From the NCBI GenBank assembly GCA_003971905.1, contig RSEE01000115.1, forward strand, positions 168,360-188,359: a stretch of 20,000 nucleotides of DNA, given 5' to 3'. The notes under the pieces are model-generated. The model saw only the letters and a program-made list of their open reading frames with translations, had not been told where the DNA came from and ran no database searches. The stretch comes from Moniliella sp. 'wahieum'. Lineage: Eukaryota. Of this stretch, positions 1-9,789 are shown piece after piece; the stretch's first letter is position 1; each line of letters opens with the position of its first letter. Both the position numbers and the translations under genes were made by a program.

Positions 1-1135
1 CTTTGACACAAATCACTCTGTTGTCGGCTACGCGCACACCTTCGGTCGCAGGCCGTGTGCTGATGAACATTTGCTTATCCTTGAGCAGCGAAGGCTTGGC
101 ACCAGAGTCGAGAAGGGCGACAACTGGCTCGCGGCGAGAAGGGGCGGGCCTGGAGTTTCCACTCGGCCCCACGTATCCTATTCGTCATCGTCATCGTTGG
201 CGTCAACGACGGCGGGGGCCGTGACTTCGGCCTTGTGAGCTTGGCCCTGCTTGTTTTGCTGGTAGGGCTGATGCTATTTCTTGGGGGCAAACCCGTTGCC
301 CGATCCAGACGGTTTGCCGGGCCGGTAAGGAGGAGGGGCGGGCTTGCTGGCGTTGGCCGGTGCCTAGTACGCAGTCTTAGTGCTGACGTCGGAAGCGTTG
401 TTCACTGCTTTTCCGACTGAGATGGCAATCGCGTACGCTTCGTCGTAGGTGGCGTGGCGCGGGATGCGTGGCTGGAACTCAGGGGCCAGGCCCGCTGCAA
501 GGCAGGCGACGAGCATGTCGTCCGGACAGGACGACACATAGCTCTGCAGGCAGCGGCGCGCGGCGTCGAAACGACCCACGTACCCGGCGCCAGTGTCCTT
601 GCCTTGCTTGACGGAAGCCAGGTTGACAACTGCGGCGCCGACGTCCTCCCACAGCTTGACTCTGTGCTGCTTTTGGCTCTTCAGGGCTTCGGGGATCAGC
701 ACGTTCCGTTCGCGCCCGGGTTCCGCCTTGTCATGATAGAGGTCGACGAGCGTGAGCATGAAAGTCTCTCTTCCATGTCGGGGAAGGCCGCCGAGATGAT
801 CTCGATGGCGTCCTTGAAGCTTATGCCCTTGTTCTTTTCGAGTATGCGCTTCATGATGTATTTCTGCTGCTCCGTGGGACATCCGATCCCACTTTTGAAG
901 TCAACAGAATCCAGGAATCCCTTGTCGAGAGACGGCGCACGAGGTAAAGCTCTCTGGCCAAGGCGTCCGTGGTGATGGAGGCCTCGGTCTTGTGGGGTTT
1001 GCTCTCGATGCTCATCTTGCGCTTCTGGGTGGTTGTGGGTTGGGAAAGAAGCGGGCGGGATCCAGTAAGGCAGATGGAGTCGGTTGCCTCGTCATCAATT
1101 TGCGATGCTGTGAGGGAATCGTCGTTGAAGGACAT
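1..1135 (-). pseudogene. Copia gag-protease(pol) ORF, interrupted by frameshifts and in-frame TAG codons
   Basis: Capsid-like segment VKQGKDTGAGYVGRFDAARRCL..DDMLVACLAAGLAPEFQ..ATYDEAYAIA resembles the retrotransposon gag pattern (LKQG..sv.eY..rF...L...l...GL.pe). Aspartic protease D-S-G-A codons lie at 109-98. In-frame TAGs at 364-366 and 274-276. The TAG at 178-180 disappears if one A is restored (DDDDE-IGYVG...ALLDSGA). Confidence 0.75.
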
Positions 1136-1230
1136 GGGCTCGCTTGCGAGTCTTGCTCTGCGAAATTCGGGTCTGGTCGCCTCAGAGGTGATTGCAGACT
1201 CGATCCAGCTAGCTCTGGCGGGTCAGAGGT

Positions 1231-1243
1231 GGGCTCGATAACC
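1231..1243 (-). promoter_or_regulatory. Primer-binding site of the copia element (tRNA-iMet half-molecule type)
   Basis: The minus strand reads ...TCCGACA GGTTATCGAGCCC. This matches the GGTTATGRGCCC PBS of Drosophila copia and fungal copia elements with one extra C, and lies directly after the LTR-terminal CA. Confidence 0.75.
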
Positions 1244-1402
1244 TGTCGGAGGAATCTGTCCAGCGATCTGCTACCGGTGAGGAGGGAGATGGTGGACTAA
1301 GGAATGAATTACTGGGGCAAAAACCTAGGTAAGATCTACCCCGGGATGGAATAAACCGGAGGCGGAATAGGCTGTGGGCCGCAGGTGGCGTCTCACTCAA
1401 CA
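1244..1402 (-). repeat. Putative 5' LTR (~159 bp)
   Basis: The inner end is fixed by the PBS (plus-strand TGTCGGAG at 1244). The outer end is inferred from plus-strand CTCAACA ending at 1402, giving TGTTGAG...TCCGACA termini. The partner LTR is outside the window, so the outer boundary is unverified. Confidence 0.5.
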
Positions 1403-3032
1403 GAAGGTGGTACATGAGATCATGGCCACGCCTTTGGAACGGAATGCTGGGAGAAGGGCTGCATCGGCTGCTGGAACAAGTAATAGAATGCGACAAGAAC
1501 GCCAAGTACCAGGGATGCACCCAAGAACCGTTTTCCCTTTTGGTTTTGAGGACGCTAGGAGGATCTATGCCATCAAGTCAACGGGCAAGATGCTTGGGAA
1601 CTGAAAGGAATTAACTACGGAGTGTCATTGGAGAGATGGTTCACCGCTCGGTTGTCTACCACGTTCATCCTATCCAAACGCGCTACCTACTCGAGTATGG
1701 GAACGGATGACGGGCGCCAGAAGGTCCTGATTTCCTGGCGAGTCCCCTGGCTCCTATAAATGGGGTTGACGCTACCAAGCAACACGTGACACGCCGGATA
1801 AACAGGCTCAGTGCATTGAGCTCAGCCGCCGAACAAGAGCGCACAGTCTTCGGTTAGCCAGACGAGGGAGGTATTCAATGCTAAGATGGTACGTGAGATC
1901 GTGAGAGCTGTGGGAAAGAGCTGTTGAGAAGATGCAAGTTGTGAAGAACCTTTTTTCATCAACAGCAGTTGAGATAGATGAGTGAGAAGTCTCTGACATT
2001 ATTAACATGCAGTGACCACATGTCTGGATGGCCAATAAGTGAGAGTGTCATTCATTGTGTCCACACACCCAAAAAGCTTCCAATGATTGCCTATTGTGGT
2101 GGCTGGATGGCTCATCGACCCATCGGCATCTCCTTCTAAGATCAAAAAGCATATTAGAACCATCCATATGATAGAGGAGCCATTCTTACCTAGCTCTCGT
2201 TCTGTTGTCCGCCTCTGTGGTCTTTGAACCGCGCACAATCGCCATCTTGAATAAGGTATTCCCCTGGGCACATAGCTACACCCGGAAGCCACATATCACG
2301 AAAAGCGCATATGCCCCCCAAAAGAACAGCCTCCTAGAGGCGTCATGCATCATGCCCGCGGCATGCATCATGGAGAAGCGATTGAATATTGACGAGACAT
2401 TGACGAAGTTGTTGCGACGATGTCTGCCTTACCGATCGTGGTGCACTTCCAGCCTGAGTGCCTGAGCCTCAGGCCTCAAGCTGAGGTCTCACTAGTCCGA
2501 GGCACCGCGAGCTCCGAAGATTGCTGATGCGCGCGTAGCGGCGTAGGCCAAAAGGACTTCTCCTGTAGCCCTCGTCCTGCTTTTCCTATAATACCACGAA
2601 CGCTTATCGATTATCTCTCGCCCGCGATCGATCGCCTATGCTATACTGTTCCAAACGCTTCAGTCTGAAGATCCCTTGCGGCCTCTATAGCCGGGTGGAC
2701 CAGACGTTCCTACAAACTACCGTGGACGTTTGGCGTTTGGTGGCTACGATTTGACAATAAATCTTCGAACGTCTCGAAGGTTGAGTACGTTGAACATTAT
2801 TGCGAGAGAGGGCGGAGCGCGTGAATCTTGAAGGCGGCATATCTGGCGTCAATTTCAAATAGCCGCCACATTGGTAACACGGCGACGAAGGAGCGCAGGC
2901 TTGGGTGCCGGTGGGAGGGCGGGAGGCTTGGCGAGGCCTGCCGAGACCCAACAAAGGCCACCTGCCACATGCACCGTGCGCCGTCCTCAGCCCTGTGTAA
3001 CTGATCGTTCTGATCCTTACCGCCTGAGCGTG

Positions 3033-3148
3033 AATTCAATATTCAGTGTTCGACGTTCAATATTCAATGTTCAATGTTCAACGTTCAACGTTCAACGTTG
3101 AGTTCAACGTTGAGTTTCAACGTTCACGCGTTCACGTTCAGCGTTCAC
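3033..3148. repeat. Degenerate 7-bp tandem array (CAACGTT/CAATGTT/CAATATT)n
   Basis: aatatt c aatgtt c aatgtt c aacgtt c aacgtt c aacgtt g ..., more than 10 degenerate units. Confidence 0.9.
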
Positions 3149-3592
3149 CCTAATGCTCGGCCTCAGTGGGCAATGGAAAAGGGGGGGGACTTGCCATGAC
3201 TGGCTTTATATCTCTTCAGAGAACTAAACTATTGTGGGAGAGGCGAGCAATAGCAGGGGAGGAAGCGGTGGAGATGCAATCGGGGACAGGCAACCCGGAG
3301 GCGCCATGATATCGACATGAGACCTGAGGCTCAGGCCTGAGGGGCAGGACAGAGGCGATATAACGCGTAACGGAGTCGCCTCGCGCAATGACAGTATACG
3401 TATGATACAAGTAGTACTTACAGCAGCACAGTGGATGCGATGTATGTGGCACCCATCCGGACCTGGGAAACCCGCACCCGCAGCCGACCATCCCGCCCGC
3501 AATCTGCCATGGCCACTTGTGGGTGACCGGTGAGGGTTCCAAACAAGATAGTCACGTCCTCGATGAAGAGTGCGCGCGGGGTAGCCGGTAAA

Positions 3593-3740
3593 AGCTTACA
3601 TGTTACATGTTACACCTGCGTTACACGTTACGCTTACGCATCGTACCTGTAAGCTTTTAAGGCATATCGCGTACGCGTAACGCGTAACGAGTAAAGCTAG
3701 TAAGTAGTAACTAGTAACCATTTGACGATAATCGATAATC
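3593..3740. repeat. Cluster of 7-bp palindrome arrays (ACATGT-T, ACGCGT-A, ACTAGT-A, ATCGAT-A)
   Basis: acatgt t acatgt t acacct; acgcgt a acgcgt a acgagt a; agtagt a actagt a; gat a atcgat a atc. Confidence 0.85.
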
Positions 3741-4302
3741 TCCGATGGTCACATGTACACAGATATCTATGGCATCTGATGGGGGAAAGGGGATCTTCCG
3801 GGCATATATATCTGTTGGAGTGTGGGGTTTGTGTGACGTGTGACACATACGTGACATGCGATCACCCGTTAAATACTAACGTACCGACGTAAGGTAACGG
3901 TCAGCCGCTGCGATAAACGCTACGTGGTAACTAGGTAACTGGTAACCGGCGTCCGTGTCTTCAGGCCTCAGGCCAGGGCCGCAGGCTTCTTGCCATCCTC
4001 GCCCAACGATCGCACCGCAGCAGCTATGCATCGCAGGTATGTAATCACCCTTGCGGTGTCTTCAGCGGCGTGAAGCTCTTGAAGGTGAGCTTTTGAGCTG
4101 GTTGTTGACCGTTGTCGAACTGAAAAGCTGGAAGGCGCCAAGCTTGAAGCTTGGAGCTTGGCTAGTGCGCGCTGGTGCCGCCCGAGCCGACGTTGTCCGA
4201 TGTAGAAGCTAGAAAAGGAGAACTTTTGGAAGAAACAGGGCAATAGTTTGTTTACACTTCGACCAAAAGAGAGCGCACCTCTTAATTCAATGTTTACCTT
4301 AC

Positions 4303-4370
4303 CAGCTTTAAGCTTAAGCTTTGAGCTTTACCCGTCACACGTCACGCGTCACGCGTCATGCATTGTGCAC
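4303..4370. repeat. 7-bp palindrome arrays (AAGCTT-T, ACGCGT-C, ATGCAT)
   Basis: cagctt t aagctt aagctt t gagctt t; acacgt c acgcgt c acgcgt c atgcat. Confidence 0.85.
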
Positions 4371-5235
4371 TTGTCGCTTGTTCGATGTTATGCGTGCACC
4401 ATGGGTGAGTGAGCATGATGAATGATGCAGATGATTAATCAGATGATTCAGGGTGCGTGCACGAGATGGGGGGACTGGAGGCGAGCGTGGGACCAGATGA
4501 GAACGATTTGATGCGTTTTGATATTGACCTTCATACCATTCAAGGCCACAGGAAAGCCCAGCAATCGCCGGCTGATTGGTCACTATCGTCCAATAGCAAG
4601 GAAGGCGATGCATCAGAGCATGAGAGAGCGACACCGTGCGTCGAGGCTTTTTTCTGCGAGTTTTGGGTTGAGTTTATATATCCGAACCAAGGATGACAAA
4701 AGCATCGTGAGGCGTATGATGAAGAGATTGATGAGAGAGAGGACTAGCTGCCAGTGTGGCGTATGGTACCTGGGGTGCAAAAATCGTAGCATTATATGGG
4801 GGGGCTGCTGTTAGTGGGGCGATGCAGCCTATATCATTTGAGTAGCCAAAAAAGAGAGTACTGAAAAGGCGGTGTGGAACACTGCTTACCCATACCAGTC
4901 GACACTAGCCCAGGCCCCAAGGCAGAAGGCCCTAGTGCATCCTACATTAGCAACAGAAGCATCAGAAGTATCAGAAGAATCGGATCTCTAATTTCAGAAG
5001 ATCTCTCGGAGGCGCTCAGTACTCAGTGAGTCCGGAGCTCTGTACTCAGTATCGGCATACATGGCCACCCGGTTAGTGTTGGGCAACACTGCCACGCCAT
5101 CTGCGCCGCATCGCACACACACACGCGGGGTTAATAGAAAAAAAACGTATAGTACGTTTTTCGTACGTTATAAAAGGTTTACGTTCGGTATAGTGCACTC
5201 ACTGTTGTGTTTCTGGTTTCTCGCTCCTGGTTGCT

Positions 5236-5368
5236 AGTTACGCTTACGCGTTACGGGAAATGGGTGGGTAGTAGTGCGTTACGCGTTACGTGTTACATGT
5301 GCTAGGCTAAGCGCTAAGCTAAGCGCTAATTCCCACATCTTCCGCCTGCCTCATGCATCATGCATCCT
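5236..5368. repeat. 7-bp palindrome arrays (ACGCGT-T to ACATGT, AGCGCT-A, ATGCAT-C)
   Basis: gcgt t acgcgt t acgtgt t acatgt; ggct a agcgct a agct a agcgct a; c atgcat c atgcat c. Confidence 0.8.
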
Positions 5369-5792
5369 ATTGTATCACCGATGATCGATGCTATTGATTT
5401 GATGCAAACGTGCAAACCCAGTGCACTGCCCTCTGCGGGCATCTGCGACATGGTGGCAAGACGACGGGCGGCCATGTAACGGAGTACTAGCTAGGGACTA
5501 GTGCGTGACAGGGCGCGTGACGTGTGTGATGCGTGACGTGGGAGGACAGACCAGTGTAGGCTATCCGATGCATGATGCGTGATGGCGTTGTGTGACGCGG
5601 TGTTGCGTGTTGTTGCCGACTAGGTGCGGGAGACCCTGTAGGGCGGGGATCCCTAGATCCCTGGGGACCGGGGACGCAGCTGATGATATGATGGTCGGTG
5701 CGGCCGGGATGGGCCGATGATGGGCCGGTGATGAAGCGGTGATGGTTTATCGGTAGGCTTGGCTAGGGCCTAGCGGGGCGCGATAGTAGATA

Positions 5793-5878
5793 CATCTAAC
5801 CATCTAGGTCATCTGTCATCTCGTCATCTCGTCATCTAGCCATCTAGTCATCTAGTCATCCAGTTACTAGTCATCTGG
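5793..5878 (+). repeat. Degenerate 8-bp tandem repeat (TCATCTAG)~11
   Basis: catctaac catctagg tcatctg tcatctcg tcatctcg tcatctag ccatctag tcatctag tcatccag ttactag tcatctgg. Confidence 0.85.
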
Positions 5879-6248
5879 TCCTAGGCGCGATGCTGCGTGC
5901 TGCTGCAAGCCACGTAGCGCTGCGCTTCGGCGCCGAAATCTCACCGGCTGCAACTGCGGCGATGGGTGGGGGGGGGGTTTTCAGGCCCTCCCCAGTCAGC
6001 GCACCAGCGCGGGGGCTGGCCGCTGGCCCTGAGCCAGAAGCCTGTTTATAAAAATTGCCAACCATCGTCCCTCGACAAGGGTGGTGTGGGCGAGCATCTG
6101 GGCCCAGGCCCAGCGCAGGTCTCAGATCCGTCGCACCCCACCACTCTCTCAGGATGAGCGCTTTGTAGCACCCCTGCGGCGGCCAGGCTGCTTCCAGTTG
6201 CTGGTGGCCAGTGACCGCACGGTACCGCCTAACGTCTTACCGCGCGCC

Positions 6249-6289
6249 AGGCCTTAAGCCTTAGGCCTTAGGCCTTAGGCCTTACCGGT
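6249..6289. repeat. (AGGCCT-T)5 array ending in ACCGGT
   Basis: aggcct t aagcct t aggcct t aggcct t aggcct t accggt. Confidence 0.9.
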
Positions 6290-6868
6290 CTTACCGCGCC
6301 CGGTTGCGTTACATGTTCCCGGGCGTCGGTTACCGGATAGGTTACGTGGTACGGCAACGATCGAGTGACCATCGATCATCGGTCCTCGATCGATCAACCG
6401 ATCAGCGATCACCACAGTATTAGTCGCTGTCTCGCTGGTTATACCACAGCCCCCCCCGTTCCCCCTTCGAAACTAACCCACCCTACCGCAATACAGGTGC
6501 TCAGAGCGTGCCCATCTCAGTCTCAGGCGACCGCTGCCCACCGAAGAGCACGAGCCTCTCACCCACCATTTCTCTGCCACTCCCATCTTTTCCCGCCCCC
6601 GCCTGCCCTCTCCCACGGTCTCTTCTTGTTTCTCCCCACCTTGCTTCCCGCTAATCTCTCTCGCTCTCAGCTGGCTCTCAGGCCTCAAACTCACATTCAC
6701 GCCCACACTCTCCTCCCCCGCTCCGCATCTGCCTAGGCAATCGCCGCTCTTCCAGCCGCCGGTCCGCTATCAGCCACGCCCCTTTTCTATAGCATTTTTC
6801 CTCCCTTCCCCCAAACCCGTCTCGCCGCCCTCCCTTTACTGCTTCATCTCTTCTGAGCTACCGTTTTA

Positions 6869-8330
6869 ATGGACATGGCCTACGCCCCGCCCATCTCCGT
6901 CCGTCCGCCTCTCTGTACCCAGGCGGCTCTACCGCGGTCGGACCGCAGTGTTGCCAGTACCGCCAGCACCGGCACCCGGGCCTCCCGCAGCTCCACTGTC
7001 GAATCCACCGCAACCTGGATGAGAGGAGTGCCCCCTCTCTCCCCCGCCCTGCTTTAGCCCAACCTCGGCAGTTGACTCCTACTCCTCCACCCCCAAGGCA
7101 GCCGCGACCTTGACCCCGGTCCCAGCCCCTCCCCCGGCCCTGATCCCGACCCGACCACGACCTTCTCCAACCGCAAGAAAACGTGCCACCCTTTTTGATG
7201 CGTAGTGCCCGCACTACGTCTCTCGATCCTCACAGTCTCACTATCTTCCCCATTCCCGAGGCGGATCGGAGTGAACCACTAGGCGTGCCCAACCGGGCAA
7301 CCATCCTGCGGTCAAGCCAATCGGTTTCTTCCCTGGGTCTCGCATCGCGTCGTCGAAGGCCTGCTCCGATGCTAAAAGTTCCCACTGAGGGACCGCATGC
7401 AGTGGGTCGACCAGTGTGCTGAACCACACGTTCCACCTCCGTATCCAAGGAGCTGTCCGCCAAGAAGTGCTGGACACATTGACTGGCTTCGAGGTGAAGT
7501 GCATATCCTCGGGACCGAGTCGGACCTACCGGACGAAGACCTGGGCGTCTCTTGGATCGGCTGGAAGAGGGAATGCGTGCCCAGTACCGTGGTCGTTCTT
7601 CCGCTGGGCCTGGGTTGCGCTCGAGTCTGAGCCAAGGCAGTCTCCGTCTTCGCGCAAGGATGAACCGCTTCCCTTTGCGTCCGTGGTCGCGGCCGCGTGA
7701 CTGATTCTTCTCGCATCGGGGCAAGGCAGCAAAAGACTTGCTGCACTCGGACCTGCTGGCACATGGCTCGAAGCCTCGGCAGATGGTGGTTGCCCGCCCC
7801 CTTCCCAGGGACTGAGGACCACGCCCACCGCCGATTCTGGCAACTTGTCTCCTTCCCATCCCGACTCCCTACCGTGCCCGACAACATCCCCCTCGCCTCC
7901 CTCATCCTGGCCGCAACACGAATCTCTGCCTCTGTCTCCGCCTCCCCCAGCGTGCTGGAACCTTCGCAACCGACTCGGTCCTCGACTCTGAGAGGACGTC
8001 GAACGTGATGTCAAGAACGGTGCGGAAAATGCTACTGCATCGGAAAGAGAGTGTGCCTCCTGGTTCGGCACCAAGCGTCTGTGCAGGCCCCCGTTCTGCC
8101 GGGCCCCACATACGACCAACCCCCCCAACGCCCAGTCGCAAGCTACGTCACCGAGCCAGCGAATCGATCCTTCGTCGCAGCAAGGAGGCCACTTCGTTGC
8201 GCCAAATGTCCCCCGGCAACTTTTCTACCTGGCAAGGGCAGGGGCCCGGGCCAACCGCATCCCCCGACGTGCCTACCATATGGGCGGTTCGGGGCCTGCC
8301 CCCGCCTCGTCACGCTTTCCTCCTCCTCTT
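6869..8330 (+). CDS. Probable hypothetical Pro/Ser/Arg-rich protein, frameshifted; boundaries uncertain
   Basis: A CT-rich promoter/5'UTR-like tract (6560-6860) precedes ATG 6869. Consecutive plus-strand ORFs (6869, 7183, 7416, 7697, 8005) tile the region. The palindromic micro-arrays are absent and a CT-rich 3' tail follows. No domain recognised. Confidence 0.4.
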
Positions 8331-9034
8331 CGCACCGTGTTTCGCCGTTGCCGTTATCTCATGCCATTCTTCGCCTTTCCCTTCTGTATCCCTGTCCCTT
8401 TTCCCACCCCTACACTGCCCTGGTTCTTTTTTGCGCTGCTACTATCATCATACCATTTCCCATTTCCCATCCCAGAGGCTCGGCCATCAGAGACATAAGA
8501 GAGGGTAGGTGACAGAGCCGAGTCTGGTTCTGGTTTTCTTAGCAATGGGTATGGCCAAGACATGAGAGCGGTCAAGCGGTCACCTCTACAAGCTCGTGTT
8601 GGTCTGTCTCTCCGCTTGCTCCGTCGTTCGCAAAGTGGGGATGCGATTTCGTTCCTATCGACTGTTGTGCACATCCCCGTTCGGCTGAATGGTGGCGTTT
8701 GGGGCCCTGTTCCTCGCGACGTGCATGGCCCCCATCAAGCTGGCCCTGTCCGCTTTAGCCCAGCTGTGATGACGCTACTTTCTCTCATCTTGGCTTCATC
8801 AGACAACGTTGATCTCTTAGCATGATGGATCGTATTCCCGAATATTCCGGCATGAATTGCCACTTGCACGCAAAGATGGGTGAGACGGACTGGAAATCCC
8901 GATTTGCAGAGGGAAATGGGAAGATATGTGCTGTGTGTTGATGGCTATGTTGCCAGAGGCACAAAAGGTAGTGATAGCGATCCCATCGCTTTTGTTTGGG
9001 GGGCAAGATTCCCCAGGGTCACCGGCACGCGTGA

Positions 9035-9424
9035 TTAGTAGAAGTAACCGAGGATCTTGCCCTGCATGCTTGCGACGCGCCTCCTCGTGGTCATAATGCC
9101 GCCGAGGGTGGTGAGAACAATAAAGCCGAAACGACCGTGCCGGGAGCAAGTTCTCAACCCAGTTCTCCACCTGGCCCAGTTGGACGTTGAAGCGGGGCGA
9201 GATGACACCGCACTTGTTGACGCGGCCGTTGAGCTGAATCACGATCTTGCCGCTCCGGTGGTCATCCACTTCCTCAAATTCGCCAATTTACCCGTGCTTC
9301 TGCATGACTGCAAGAACTTGATGATGACCTTGGACGAGGGGCGGATCAGCACCTGGCGCTTCCCGCGGCGCTCGGCATTGACGATGGCATTGAGGCAGCG
9401 TTCAGACAGAACGGAGACACGCAT
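9035..9424 (-). CDS. RPS22: 40S ribosomal protein S22 / S15a (uS8), with apparent sequencing indels
   Basis: [35 protein letters not shown] / [57 protein letters not shown] / DHEEARRKH / GKILGYFY* (TAA at 9037-9035). Several frameshifts and one TAA in place of the expected TAC (GYIG). Confidence 0.95.
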
Positions 9425-9505
9425 CTGCCAAGAAGAGAGTTAGACGCGAGGGAGAAGGGCGGGGGGCGGCGGGGCGGCGGCAGGCACCGGGAGAAAGGGA
9501 CGTAC
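9425..9505 (-). other. 81-nt 5'UTR intron of RPS22 ending immediately before the ATG
   Basis: GTACGT donor at 9505, CTAAC branch point, pyrimidine tract TCTCTTCTT, then GGCAG|ATG. Confidence 0.7.
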
Positions 9506-9789
9506 GTGGGGACGAGCTGGACGGCGTTTGGATCGGATGAAGCTTGAACCAGCAATTCACCGCCCACTTCCTTTCGCCCCTCCTGACAGAAAGGGGTGTC
9601 GAGTGAAACCGTTTCAAATTTCTAGAGGTAGGGTACAACAATGCTGCGGCAAGTATTCGGCCTGGCACCTATCTCTCTAGTCCCAGGCGCAATCACGCGC
9701 ATGGTGAACATTTCATCGTGCGCCGCTGGCAAGCAGGCTTGGCCTTCGCAGCGCGCTGGGCGAGCGGTCAACTCCACCACCAAAGCAAA
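9506..9789. promoter_or_regulatory. Bidirectional promoter shared by RPS22 and RPS17
   Basis: Head-to-head ribosomal-protein genes less than 300 bp apart. AGGTAGGGT at 9626-9634 resembles the Homol-E element AGGGTAGGGT with one G missing (weak match). Confidence 0.55.

Larger units (their letters stand above)
1..1402 (-). mobile_element. 5' portion of a Ty1/copia LTR retrotransposon (LTR, PBS, gag, protease), truncated by the window's left edge
   Basis: On the minus strand: LTR-like TG...CA segment, then GGTTAT(c)GAGCCC PBS, then a gag-like ORF starting at ATG 1135, then a copia-type protease motif VALLDSGAKPSLLKDKQMFISTRPATEGVRVADNRVICVK at ~1-125 (hand-translated, not in the ORF track). 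Confidence 0.85.

Noticed and set aside
150..185. Programmed -1 frameshift between gag and protease (TGGAAAC near the TAG at 178-180)
   Set aside because: Not a full slippery heptamer, and it lies after the stop. One missing A in a homopolymer fuses the frames, as expected for copia.
454..975. 173-aa plus-strand ORF and neighbouring plus-strand ORFs
   Set aside because: They are the antisense shadow of the copia gag ORF.
1403..2340. Coding-looking segments next to the LTR (ORFs 1374-1614 and 1808-2292)
   Set aside because: No recognisable motif in any frame I could read. They may be a relic but cannot be supported.
3033..3148. CRISPR-like or telomere-like reading of the short arrays, including (TTAGGCC)n at 6249-6283
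   Set aside because: No unique spacers or cas genes, and the context is eukaryotic. The units fit the palindrome+1 grammar, not TTAGGG.
5141..5161. Perfect 9-bp hairpin AAAAACGTA-tag-TACGTTTTT
   Set aside because: It resembles a terminator, but this is eukaryotic intergenic DNA with no linked gene and no functional support.
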